DNA of 61,936 nt, filler included, from Nemertoderma westbladi (lineage: Eukaryota; Animalia; Xenacoelomorpha): assembly GCA_032718475.1 (NCBI GenBank). It is 3 parts of 3 records of this genome, joined end to end, with 100 filler letters (N's around TTAATTAATTAA, not from the genome) between each part and the next. Parts side by side here need not be neighbours in the genome. Positions count along the whole stretch, not along the records: positions 42,101 to 61,936 come from JAUCBJ010003038.1; 2 more parts are not named here. One strand, given 5' to 3'. Positions 48,613 through 61,475 of this stretch are shown here, piece after piece. A program made the translations under genes and the position numbers. Below the pieces are notes generated by a model, which was given only the letters and a program-made list of their open reading frames with translations, had not been told where the DNA came from and searched no databases. Position 1 is the first letter of the stretch. The number at the start of each line of letters is the position of its first letter.

Positions 48613-50472
48613 GGCCCCCCTCACACGGAGCAACTTGTTTCTCAAACTTGTTGCTGGACCCTCTCACACACAGAAACTTGTTGCTGCAACTTGTTTCAGC
48701 AACTTGTTTCCGAAACTTGTTTCTGCAACTTGTTTCCGAAACTTGTTTCAGCAACTTGTTGCTGGACCCCCTTACACACAGAAACTTGTTGCTGAAGAAA
48801 ATAACAATTATTTTCAAAATAAATAGCTAGCATGTCCAGTCATTTATATATAATATCACATCACTCAAATTATCTAATGTTAGCTAGAGTATAAAAATGG
48901 AATGTAATAAAAGTTTTAAAAAAGTTGCTGGGAATATAACTTCCAGCAACTTTTTGCTGGACTCCCTCACACACAGAAATAAGTTGCGGAAACAAGTTGC
49001 AGAAACTTGTTGCTGGAGTCCTCACACACAGAAACAAGTTTCAGAAACAAGTTTCTGTGTGTGAGGGTGTCCAGCAACAAGTTTCAGAAACAAGTTGCAG
49101 AAACTTGTGTCTGGAGTCCTCACACACAGAAACAAGTTGCGGAAACAAGTTGCAGAAACTTGTTGCTGGAGTCCTCACACACAGAAACAAGTTTCGGAAA
49201 CAAGTTGCAGCAACAAGTTTCTGGGTGTGAGGGGGTCCAGCAACAAGTTTCTGTGTGTGAGGGTGTCCAGCAACAAGTTTCAGAAACAAGTTGCAGAAAC
49301 AAGTTGCCGAAACAAGTTGCAGAAGCAAGTTGCAGAAACAAGTTGCAGAAACAAGTTGCAGAAACTTGTGTCTGGAGTCCTCACACAGAAACAAGTTTCA
49401 GAAACAAGTTGCAGCAACAAGTTTCTGGTACTGGTGTGTTGTAGGTACACCCCCCACCCCCCCTCAAATTTTTTTTACTAGATAGTTTTTGCTATTTCTT
49501 TTTATGAAATGTTCTAGAACATGAGATACATTTGAAAAAAAATAATAAAATGTTCTAGAACAAATTTAAAAAAAAGCTTACAAATGATATTTTTTGTTAG
49601 TATTTTTTTTTATTTGATGTCAAGGAAATTGAATTTTCTAGAATATTCGAATTTCTACAGCTAAGATTTGACTTTCGCCCAACAACTAGCTGAATTTCGT
49701 TGGAAGCTTCTACACAAAGAAAACCCATTTTCTGCTCTGTTGGATTTGATCAGAAAATATTACCCGCTGTCTGCTAAATAATAAATATTATACAGTATAC
49801 GTATTCTAAGCATATCATTAATTTCTGAATATAATGACCTCAATACAGTGAATTTTTTAATTTTAATTAGCTATTAAAAAAATACTAGCTAACCCCCCCC
49901 CCCCCCAAAAAAAAACCCATCTTGCCAGCAACGATTAAAAATTATATGAAACAAATTCTAAATAAAATGAAAAAAAAAAATTTTATATTTTTTGAACTGT
50001 TCTAGAACAAAAACTATTTGTTCTAGAACTTTTTTTTTCTAGTTCTGAATAGCTAACATGTTCTAGAACATTATTAAAAAATAAAAATAGTAGGCCTACA
50101 TAAATTTTTTTAATTTTTTTTTAAATTGTTCTAGAACAAAAAATATTTTTTCTAGAACATATATATATATATATATTTGTTTTAATAGCTAACATGTTCT
50201 AGAACATGTTCATAAAAAGAAATAGCAAAAACTAGCTAGTAAAAAAAAATTGAGGGCACACTAGAACTAGGACTATTGAAAACACACTAGTGCCCAAGTT
50301 TCTGTGCGTGAAGGTGTCCAGCAACACGTTTCAGAAACAAGTTGCAGAAACTGGTGTCTGGAGTCCTCACACACAGAAACAAGTTGCAGCAACAAGTTTC
50401 TGTGTGTGAGGGGGTCCAGCAACAAGTTTCAGAAACAAGTTGCAGGAACAAGTTGCTCCGTGTGAGGGGGCC
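48613..50472. mobile_element. Non-autonomous PIF/Harbinger-type element filled with 13-bp subrepeats
   Basis: TIR GGCCCCC(C)TCACACGGAGCAACTTG; TAA TSD at 48610-48612 and 50473-50475; internal GAAACAAGTTGCA arrays in both orientations. Confidence 0.85.
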
Positions 50473-51143
50473 TAAATAAATACGGTATTTTTCTCGATTT
50501 TTATTATTGGTAAGTGTTATAGATAGATATGTATGATATTATGTATTTTTTATGGTAGCTAGTGTTTTTTTACGAGCTAGTATTTTTTAAAACTATAAAA
50601 GTGTTAAAACATTTGGCAACAAATTGTTAAAAGTTGAAATCTGAATTTTTTAAAAATTACTGACTAATTTAAAAATAAAAATAACTCGCAACATGTTCTA
50701 GAACATATTTTTTATTTTATTTATGTTCTAGAATAGTTAAATAACATTTATATGGTGTTCTATAACTAATATTGTTGTCATAGTAACAATGATTAAGGTT
50801 TAAAAAATGTAGTGGCATACGGAACCGTAGCCCAAATATTATATTTACGAACTATTATAATTCAAGTTACTATTACAGTAACCATAAGTAAAAGAAAGCA
50901 CGCTATACGCCAAACTTTAACAATTTCATTTTATGTTGCTGTCAGTCAATACCAACATGCAATTTATAGCGATTAATTATCTAGTATACACCATCTCCCT
51001 TAATACAACAACCAGTTTTAGGGGGTCGAAGCCAAATTTGTTCAAATTTGATCATATGCAACGATATTGGGTATGATATTATATCGACAACGTTCCTTAC
51101 TGCTGGCAGATTTCGTAGTATATTATTGAATGGATTGAATTAA

Positions 51144-51181
<38 letters not shown>

Positions 51182-51325
51182 GTTCTTCCTCCGTAGCTTC
51201 TTCCGTAGTGAAATACGGGCATTGCTACACCTTGGGTACCCATAGTTTGATCAATTTTTTCATGTAAAAAGGCTTTTATCATGGGGTTTTTTTTCTAGAA
51301 CAAATATTTTATTCCAAAATTGTAA

Positions 51326-51491
51326 AGGCCATGATACACCACAGGAGCGGCGAGCGGCAGCGGCGAGCGGCAGCGGCGAGCGGCCGCGGCAAGCGGCCAC
51401 TTTTTAAAAATAGAACACATTATTTTCTATGGGTGATGATACACCACAAATGGCTGCTGCCGCTCGCCGCTCCTGTGGTGTATCATGGCCT
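51326..51491. mobile_element. PIF/Harbinger-type MITE
   Basis: 36-bp TIR AGGCCATGATACACCACAGGAGCGGCGAGCGGCAGC with TAA TSD. The empty site is visible in the inverted paralog at about 57937-57970. Confidence 0.92.
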
Positions 51492-52758
51492 TAACATTAC
51501 TCAACGCCGTTAGTATTAACAGGGAGTTGTTATTTAGCACTTGACAACTTTAGAGGACATTAGGCCTACACTATTGAATTGCCCTGTACATTTAGTATTG
51601 TATTAGTGTTTTATTATGTGTGACGGCGTTAAGTAATGTCCCAACTAAGGGCGACTTTACAGTTAACGCCGTCATTGGTTACCACAGACACTGAAACAAC
51701 AGTTAGGATTAATTATTAATTGCCTGACAGCCAGGCAGGCCTACTGCATTACCTACCGGTAGGCGGGGTATAGCTATTAATAACCAGTAGGGCCTAGCTA
51801 TATTATTTTAACATGGCTCCAAACGCCACCATAAAAATAAGCTAACTTATTTATGCAAGCAAGCAAGCAAACAGTCGGCCGAAGCAGGAGGCGACCCGAA
51901 GGCTCCTCTTTCGATAGCTGCTATCTGCTAACCTTTTTTTAGAGTTGCTACTTTACACCCAACTATGTAAATAGTTATTACCTTCTGACAGCAGTATGGT
52001 ATTTTTTCCAAAAAAATGTTTTAGAAAAAAATGTGTTCTAGATCAAAAATATTTATCAAACTTGATAACTAACACGTGTTCTATAACATTTATAAAAAAA
52101 TTAGCAAAAACTAGCTAGTATTAAAAATTATCTATTTAATCTATAATCTATTTAAATGCAATATTATAATTAATGTCATGGAAACATTACTTTTTTTGTT
52201 GACATAAAAAGTGTTCTTTTTTTGTCAAACTTGTTAACGACTTTGACAAAAAAAGTGACTTACAACAAATTAAGTAATACTTTTAACTGCAATACAAACT
52301 AAACTCCATTAATAAGTAATTTATTGGTGGTGGAATTTTTAGAACAAACAGTATCGCAATTAATAAATTTGTGAACTTTATTTTCGAAATATTGAGATAT
52401 AATACAATTATTACAGAAGATTATTCCACAACACACCATTTTTCTGGGATTAAATCAAATTAAATTAACCGCTTTGTATGTTTTTGTTAAAAGTGCCGCA
52501 CAAGATAAAGAAAATCAATCAACGTTATTCAAAAAAGTGAAACTTTAGGAAACTTGACTTGAAAATTTGACTATCTGACAAAGTTACGGGAATATTATTC
52601 ATTGTAAATTGTTAAGTAAATCCCCAAATATGCAGCTCCCAATGTGATTAAATAAATTGAACGTTGGGGGTACATTGTAAGAAAATATTAAATACACCCT
52701 GTATACCTCCGTGTGAGTCAAAAAAATCATATTCATCACAATAAAATGCGTAAAGTAG

Positions 52759-52862
52759 CACTTTACAGTGTGTTGATCCGAGAACCGAGTGGCTTTGTTA
52801 CACGAACGAACGTTAGTGAGTGAGTGAAAATAAAGCCACGAGGTTCAGGACACTGTAAAGTG
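52759..52862. repeat. Short palindromic element
   Basis: CACTTTACAGTGT/ACACTGTAAAGTG ends and inner GTGGCTTT/AAAGCCAC stem. Confidence 0.65.
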
Positions 52863-53114
52863 TCTAAATCTAAATCTAAATGTGTAAATCTAAATTTGAT
52901 TATTTTTGTTTTCTTCCATGTTGTTGGCTTTACACCAATGATGTAAGGATAGTTATAAAACCCGAAAAAAACGAAAAGGACGAAATTATTAACTAAAATA
53001 TCGAAATTATAAAACTTTAAATAAAATCTAACTTTCCAGTGAGATCGGTATTATTAGAAGGTACACTTTACATTTTTTAATTAATAAAATCCGATAATTT
53101 CGCCCCATTTTCGA

Positions 53115-55988
53115 GAGAGGGCTGTTGCGCTGTCAGTCAGCCTGTGGGGTAAGGATTTACCTCTGGGACCTGTATTAGGCAAAATAGCAGTAGCTGTGTA
53201 GGCCCACCAGTACTGCTGTACTGTGCACGGTACAAGACCCGAAATTTAGCCTACATCTGTAAATAATACACGGTTTCGCGGTAGAAGACCATATAAATTA
53301 GACCACCATCTGTAAAATGCTGCTCGCCTGAGTTCAGGAATTGCACAGATGTCAGGATGTGCTGATTCTATATCATGCACTAGGCCTAACGGATTCTGGT
53401 AGCCTGGAACTAGACCACCTGACCACTACAAAAACTGATGCAACAGAGCGAGGTGCTGTTAGCCTAACATTTCTCGGAGGCTGGTCCGATAACCAGATAA
53501 CACTCAACGCATTGTTTGGTTGGACATTGACATTACCGGTATTGCATTACAGTGTACATTACTGCATTATTACATACGGATTAGTATGGATTGAGAAATT
53601 GGATATATTTCACGTCAATGGAGGTTTGGTTTGAGAAATTAATACAGTAATATCACGTAGGCCTACCTAATCATATCTTTGCGTTAATTATTACTAGATC
53701 CACTGGCCCCCAGCCACCTTAAACAAACCATCATTGCCGAGGGGCACTCAGCTAAGGGGGCGGAGTGCATTAAAAACTCTAAGTATCGCGACCTAATGGA
53801 CCGGGGCCATTTATTTCACCCCGTGGCCTTTGAGACCTTTGGCCGCCCTGGTCCAGAGACATCCACCTTCCTCCGGGAGATCGGGGCTCGTCTCCACAGT
53901 GCCACCCACGAACCGCGGTCACACCAGTTTCTGCTCCAACGTCCGGAGATGGCAATTTTGGTTGGTAATGCAGCCTCAGTCATGGGGACAGCAACCACGC
54001 CGACCATCGATCTATTCGGGGACTGAAGAGCCGAAACCAATCGAAACTGTCGAAATTGTTGCCAATGCAGTCACCAACGGGATGACGGCCGAAGATATTC
54101 AATACTGTATCTTATGCAATCTCAAATATTCAATGTTTCAATGTTCGATCCCTAGATGGGGCAGTACTGTTTGGGCACAGTGCTTTAAATGCTGCAGCCT
54201 AACCCAACCCTGGCTTTCATCCTTCAGTGGTCGATTGGGAACCAAGGCAACTTGGGAAACAGAGTGGAAGGGTTTACTGGGGAAGATCACCCATGGTGGT
54301 GAACAGGCATTCCTTGGCTAACGAGCCTAAAAGATTCTCCCATTCACATATTCAATTCGGTACTGTACCTTCAATTAAATATTCAATCTTAGTATTATTT
54401 CTGTGCTTCGTTTTTTTAATAATGTGATTAGATAAAAAAAATAAATTAATGAAATATAATTCATCTGTTAATTATTACAAAAAAAAATCCAACATTATAT
54501 TAACATTTATATAGTTTTGAATTAAATGTTTCGAAATCAACAGTCATTCAATGAACTTATACAGCAGTGTCATATATCGCGTATCCCTTGGTTTAATCAC
54601 TATTCTTTATTCAAGTATAACTGAATCCTGGCCCGCTGCCTTCACCCTCCACTGATAATTTAAAATCGTAACTTATTCAATCTTTGACTAAATTATACCA
54701 AACTTGGTAAACATGTAATCTTGTCTATCGGCTAAAATAAACACAACTTGCTAAAGTTTCCCCTATAATGTTTTTTCCTATAGAACATGATGCAGTTTTA
54801 TTTTAGTAGTAAACAAGCTGTTATTTGCGTCGATTTTCACCTGGAGAGGGAAGAATATTGATTGCCCCCCCCCCCCCCCTGCACTTAAGTAAGTGAAAAT
54901 ATTTCGGTACCATTTAATTTTATTATCACGGTCGCACATCAAGTAGTCTGTCAAAAGATACAATTCATTATAAACATAACAAAAATTAATTATAATAATT
55001 CTAAAAATATAAGGCCGATCTTCCTAAAGTTAGCTCTTTAGTCTTTAGCAATCTTATACATTGACAAGACTTATAAAATAATTGATGTTGAATAATTTAT
55101 TATTAAGATTAAAACATATTATTAGGAATTCGAAGAAAGCAAATTGTATTGAGTTAGTATTGGCAAGTTAATCTCACAAACCAGTCTAGTCTAACTTTAG
55201 AGTAGCCTTGTTCGCATTGTTCCAGGTTTAGGCCTATAGATTCCACCGTCTTCGTTCCAGGTTTAATTCTGTAATAGACTCCGTTATCCATCTCGATCGC
55301 TTCGCTATGCACCATCTTACTGGGTTTAATAAACTCCATCGCCTTCCTGTCGTTCTCCGTTTTGTAGATTACTTCGCCATCGTCTGATCGCTTTGGTTGC
55401 GTGTTCAATACTGTAATAGACTCCGTTATCCACCTCGATTGCTTCGCTATGCACATCTTACTGGGTTTAATAAACTCAGAAACTCCATCGCCTTCCTGTC
55501 GTTCTCTGTTTTGTAGATTACTTCGCCATCATCTGATCGCTTTGGTTGGGTGTTTAATACTGTAATAGACTCCGCCGCCATCGTATCGTTCTGGATACAT
55601 GGAATAGACTCCATCAGTCCATTGTCCATCGCGATCGTTTCATTGTTACGTTTAATTGACTCCGTCGCCTCCTCCATCCTCGGATTAGGAATCCGGCCGG
55701 GTTTCGTAGATTCCGCCATCGTTCAGCAGTTCAGTGTTTTTAATCAAAGCCAGAATTCCGGCACCGGCACCACGATCAACGATTTCGGAAGTAACAGACT
55801 CGTCAACAACACTCGGGGTTTAAAAAATACAACTGAGGGCAACTTGTAACTGGGCGATCATCTATCTGATAGTTGAAAAAGACTGTCTGACAGTTGGTAT
55901 CAGACTATCTGATAGTTAGCGCCCCATGGGTAAATCCTTACCCCATGGGCTGTTACCTCTCTGACTGACAGCGCAACAGCCCCTATAG
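53115..55988. mobile_element. 2.9-kb non-autonomous TIR element
   Basis: TIR GGGCTGTTGCGCTGTCAGTCAG..GGGGTAAGGATTTACC at both ends; flanking direct repeat CCATTTTCGA at 53105-53114 and 55989-55998. Confidence 0.75.
53697..54026 (+). mobile_element. CRE-like RLE 3' fragment related to 1-685
   Basis: DPLAPSHL..FHPVAFETFGRPGPET..AILVGNAASVM. Confidence 0.85.
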
Positions 55989-56679
55989 CCATTTTCGACC
56001 CTAAAAGTAATTTAATACCAAATACTGGCTCTGCTGATTGGTTGTTAGGGGTGATCCAATGATTGCAAAACACCACAAGATGGCGCTCAAATTAGGACAG
56101 TACAGTCAGAGTGTAGGCCTACTGCAGTTATAGCGACTGCTGGACTGCAATTCTGTAGTTACGTTCACCTGTTCACATCCGCCGCGCCGCGTCACTTGCC
56201 TGACAGTCACTGTAGGCCTACAGTGCACACCTAGGCCAGGTAGCGCTAAAGGTACCGTATGCCGTAATGCAAACAACATTTCATATGGGAATTACATCAT
56301 TGCAGTATTGGGTTAGGGTACCGGACCGCTTCTTTCAACTTTGCCGCTTCAGGCTGTACCGTACCATATGCTTGTACTGTACAGTAATACACCAGTAGGC
56401 CCCTATACTGATCTGTTGATGCTGAGTCATTCATCCAAGCTGCCATTATTGGTCAACACCTAACAACCAACCAGTAGACAGTATTTGGTATTAAATTACT
56501 TTTAAGGTCGAAAATGGGGCGAAATTATCGGATTTTATTAATTAAAAAATGTAAAGTGTGACTTATAATTATACTCATCTTATTGGAAAGCGAGATTTTG
56601 TAGATTGTTTGATAATTTTGATATTTTCGCTGATAAATTCGTCTTTTTCGTTATTTTCGGGTTTTATAACTATCCATGA

Positions 56680-57470
56680 TGTAATGCATCTAGGGCATGT
56701 TGGATATCCAGTGGGTTTTTCGAATATATGTCAAGGTCGTCAGCGAAGAATAAGAATTTGAGAGAGGCGGTTATTTGTCGGAGAACAGTGGCTAGGTCGG
56801 TGATGAAAATTAAGAAGCAGGTCGGGCTGAAACAGTCTCCTTGAAGGACTCCACGAAGCTGTTGTATAGCATTGGATAGTTGTAGGCCGTCAAATATTTG
56901 GAAGCTGTTTTCTAGAATGTCTCTGATTAGATTTTATAATTTGCCTTTTATTCCAAAACTGTGGATCTTAGACAATAGTATTCCTCGGTTAACGAAGTCG
57001 AAGGCTTTCCGAAAGTCAATGAAAGCTACAAATAGCCTGCGGTCGTCGTTAGCATTTTCGGAGCGGGGAGCTGTTGAAATATCATTGAGAAGTAGGCGTA
57101 TTGCTTGGGGTGTTGATTTTCCTACTTTGAGACCGAATTGTTCTAGGGGTACTAAGTGGCCTGTAAATCTTCTGAATCTCTTGTTAATTGTTGACGTGAG
57201 GATCTTTAGTAAAGCGCAGAGAAGAGCGATCCCTCTGTAGTTCTCCGGGTCAGTTATAGCACCTTTATTCTTGTACAACACCTTTATGATACTCTGTTTC
57301 CAAGTAGTTGGTATACTCCCAATATTAAGAAATACGTTGAATAGTAGAGTTATAAGGTTTAGGATGAATGGAAGAGCACCTTTAATGTGTTCGTAGAAGA
57401 TTTTATCAGTTCCACAGGCTTTGTTATTGCAGTTATCGTTTATACTGGCTAGTAATTCTTACTTTGATTA
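56680..57470 (-). mobile_element. LINE RT fragment (RTEX/I-like), degraded
   Basis: KACGTDKI, PENYRGIAL, FIDFRKAFD, GVLQGD, FADD, with one stop. Confidence 0.85.
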
Positions 57471-60359
57471 CTTCGACTTAATTAAATAGTTATTGCAAAA
57501 AGTATGTATGTGGTTTTTCATTACGAAATTATTGTATATATATTATAAGTGATAGAACACAAATTAAATTAGTTGCTGTATAAATAAATGTAAAAATGCC
57601 ATAAATTATGTTATAAATAAGTTAGCTTATATTTATGGTGGCGTTTAGAGCCATGTTATAATAATATAGCTAGGCCCAACTGGTCATTAATAGCTATACC
57701 CCGCCTACCGGTATGTAATGCAGTAGGCCTGACGGTCTGACTGGTCAGGCAAATTTCCACCTATTGTTTACGTGGTAACCAATGACGCCGTAACATTACA
57801 GCTCGCTGTCATTGGTTACCACATAAACATGGGACATTCCAACACCAATACAATACTAAATGTACAGGCCAATACAATGCTGCAATGTCCTCAAATGTTG
57901 TAAAGTGCTAAATAACAACTCGCTGTTAATAGTAACGGCGTTGAGTAATGTTACAATTTTGGAATAAAATGACATTTACACTTTATGTACGCGTTCTAGA
58001 ATATATTATGTTATTTTGTTTTACTGTCGGCATATTCCATGCTTTGTAAACATTAATTAATTTATTACTTTTATATCTATAACTAACAATAAAATAACTG
58101 TTGATTCATCGTAACATAACGGCTATTATCTATCAAATGAATTATCCTCGTTAAAAGTTTGAAATAATATTATTTCAAGTTCTGACTGTGGGAGTTAACA
58201 AAAGTACCATCGCATCGTAGTTTTTATGTCTGTTATTTCTTTTGAAACATTTGCTTAGCTGTGGCAGTTTGTCGCGGCTGCGACACAGCTACGGGCATTC
58301 TGGTTCGTTTGGCCCATCACAAAGATATTCCCCTCAGGGGCGCCCCCTGGCGCCGATCCCTGGAACCCGGTGGTGGATGGCGAGTTACTCGATCCCCCGA
58401 AATTAAACACCGGTTGCGCGCCAACCGCCGTTGCGCAGCCTGCACGAAGTCGGGCACTGATTGGCTGAAGAGATTGGGTGCAGTGGCGCCGAACGCTGAC
58501 GATTGGCCAAACGGAGCCACCGACCCCGTCTGCCTGGTGGGGCTTCAAGGATTTGTTTATTGAGCGGAGCATCTCCTCTGTACCCACCACTACTGGCATG
58601 CTGGACAGGAGCTGGTTGGGTTCGGTGTTTGTATGACAGACGGGGAGTCGACGTGAGCGCACGTCGCGGGCGGGTACGAACTTGCTTGACTGACGCAAGG
58701 CGAATTCTGCCTGGAAGGGGGTGGCTCGTACAACTGGAGCGGTTTAAACTTGCGGGTTACGTATGGGTTGTAGCCGGTTGGGTGACGGAGTGAGTGTCCA
58801 CGAGGGTACTGGAAACAGCGTCTAATGAGTCCAGGATGCATTTCGCATTGACCGATAACGAGGAATGGTTCAGCAAGATCGTTTGAGGTTGAGACTGAAC
58901 CTTTAAAAGGCGAGGTTTCTTATAAGAAGGTGGGGATTCCTGGTTGCCGCTGAGTCCACCATATATTATAGGACCGCTGATGTATGATTATTGATGGGAA
59001 CGTGTCTGATTTGTTGACTGTTGACTGGAATGATTCTGACTGGATGATTGGTTGGAACCATAGCTGCACCAAATCAACTTCTCGGGTTTAAATGGAGGCC
59101 TTGGGGACCAGGTGACCTAATGTTGTATGTGGAGTGGCCGTTACACGATTGGTTGAGCCAATTCAACATGGAGTCAGTCTGGTGTTCGTTAGCTATAGCT
59201 AGCCGTTGGTCTGGGAGTGAACTCACATCCGACGACGTCTGCCCAGAATCGTTAGAACATTCCGAAATCCGCAAAACTATCTGGTGCGTCTCTGTTCCCA
59301 TCACACTATTGTTAATTTCAACACGCTTTGAAGATAGTTGCTGAGATACTGGATTGGGGCGGCTGTGAAGGCTACTAACCCTGGAATTAACGGAGTTATG
59401 TAACCCAAAATGGAGATCATCCACCAACATCGTATCACTAATGGATGTAGAAAGACCTGGTGGAGTGTCAGTGTAGTGATCTATTATGTGTGTTGTAGAA
59501 TGATCGCCCCCAGCAGGAATATCTGAGGATTGCCCGCCGCAAAATGAACTGATTGTCTGGGTTAATTTACTCATCTAAGATGTGCTTTTTGGGTGCTCAT
59601 AAGGCTCAGACGACAAACGCGTTAATTTTGCTTGGTTTACACGGGACAGTTTACAGCCACCTGGAGATGGTTCTTCCATGTCACGTCACAATGTTCTAAT
59701 GTTACATTACTGTTACAATAGTTAGGTTACTTACCAGGACTATGAGCTTACACCACCAGCTGCAAGCAGGGAGCTGGATATTATTTACTAATACTTTAAG
59801 AAGTTAAGAAGTACTAAATATAAATAATATATACTAATAAGTAGCTATTGTAATCGATTTTTCATACCTTCGTAGGCAGCAGTTATAAAACGCACTCCCT
59901 TGTGATACTAATTTAGATGCAGTATGTAAATTTCCTATATTACTTCCATCCACATTCATATTTACCGGCTCCTAACCTTTGCATTCACCGTCAAAGGCTT
60001 CAAACAACCAATTAACCCAACAGCTAGTAATACCTTCCTTGGCAATAATGCTCCCAATTACCCTCCACCCAATGGGAGAGCCTCATTCCCTCAGCCTAAT
60101 TTCCTGGGCTTGGATTAGAATACATCCAGGGAAGCTCTTCTTATTTGTTATATCCAATAAACTCAGTGACATATATTGGACAGTTCCACTTCCACCTGTC
60201 AATTTTAATTATAGTTTAACATTTATTATCAATATTTAGAAATCCTTGCTAAGGAATGACCTCAATCCTTAGCGAGTGATAATTAAGGGTCAACTTCTTA
60301 TTGACCCGAACACCAGGTTAAAAAGGGGCCACATTTCACTCATTCAGTCAGTCAGTAAC

Positions 60360-60750
60360 TCCAGCCTTGTAGATGGCAGCCCCTGGCACGCTATCTTGGC
60401 TCAAGTTTTCCGCTCAGGTAAACTGTTCCTACAACCATCTCTATGGTGCTTAGGAGCGTGGGTAGTTTCCGCTGAGATTGAGCTTTTGGCCAAACCAGCT
60501 CTCTAGTGCTTTCGCACTCTGCCCGCTGGCTCATCAGCGCGACCTCGGTCAAACCTATGAGTCGCAGGATGAAGTAGAAGTATCTTCCCGGGTTTTGACT
60601 CTGTCAGTTTTATGGTAGTGCTTGCGCACTCTGCCCACTGGCTCATTGGAGCGACCTCGGTCAAACCTTCGAGTCGTAGGACAAAGTAGAAGCTAACTTC
60701 CTGCGTTCAATCGGTCCCACCCCCGTTTGGACACAGAAACTAACCTGGTG
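60360..60750 (-). mobile_element. Structured sequence resembling the 5' UTR of HERO-type RLE retrotransposons, with a 112-bp internal duplication
   Basis: GTTTCTGTGTCCAAACGGGGTGGGACCG, CTGATGAGCC and GGGCTGCCATC motifs (recalled from HERO elements, unverified); GNRA hairpins. Confidence 0.5.
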
Positions 60751-61475
60751 TTTGTTGCACTGCACTATTGCCAAGTTTTCCAATAGCGTGAAGCCTGACC
60801 AAGTACTTTACGGCCGTTACGACCTTTTTCCGTTATTTGCAGACCTATTTTTGATACTATTGTGTATTTTTTGGACTATTTTACGAGATTATACTTTGGT
60901 TCCTTACAGACCCAAAGCATCCCTCACCCGGTTTCTCTTTTTTCCTTTTCCCAGAGGTTTTTCTATGGTGTTACGTACAGTATACTATTTTTTATCTAAA
61001 GGAAGACAGCTTCAGTTGAGCGTAGCTTTTCTACTCTGAAACTGCCTACTGTACCTCCGCAACACTATTGGCTACAAGGCGCCTTGATGTACATTCACTG
61101 CACACGTCATGTGGACATCAAAAGCGTTATAGAACTGTTCGGTAAGCAGAATCGGAGATTAAAATTTCTTTAAAATCATTGTATAAGATAAACCTACCTA
61201 TATTATATAATCAACATTATGTACACCATGACCCGTAATAGTGTCATTTTCTGATGACACAGACCCCCCCCCCCAAATTTTTTTTTTCTACAGATCTTTA
61301 TCATATGGCTTTGTAATTTGAAACACAACTAATTCAACTCACCGTGGTTGTTACCATGAAGCCGGAATGTTCGATTTCGCTTTTAAATTTTTTTATAAGC
61401 GTTTTAAAAAAAGTGTCTTTTGCAAAATCGCACCATCCGTATCATTACCATTCTCCACATTAGTCGTAATAGTCG

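Larger units (their letters stand above)
52944..56675. mobile_element. Long-TIR MITE whose left arm is split by the 53115-55988 insertion
   Basis: 52944-53114 plus 55989-56050 is the reverse complement of about 56458-56675. Confidence 0.75.
51306..57970. repeat. Outer inverted repeat pair (about 51306-51853 and 57613-57970)
   Basis: Diverged reverse-complement match, e.g. CCGGTAGGCGGGGTATAGCTATTAAT / ATTAATAGCTATACCCCGCCTACCGG. Confidence 0.75.

Noticed and set aside
48512-49485. Overlapping Cys/Gln-rich ORFs
   Set aside because: Translations of stop-poor 13-bp subrepeats in several frames.
60455-60540. RNase MRP/P RNA resemblance (GGGCAGAG, GCTCA.TCTCAGCG)
   Set aside because: Too short and lacks the conserved P4/CR-I GGAAAGUC region.
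60505-60545. Hammerhead ribozyme (CTGATGA..GAAA on the minus strand)
   Set aside because: The GAAA is a tetraloop closing its own stem, no stem III/NUH can be formed, and the duplicate copy lacks the core.
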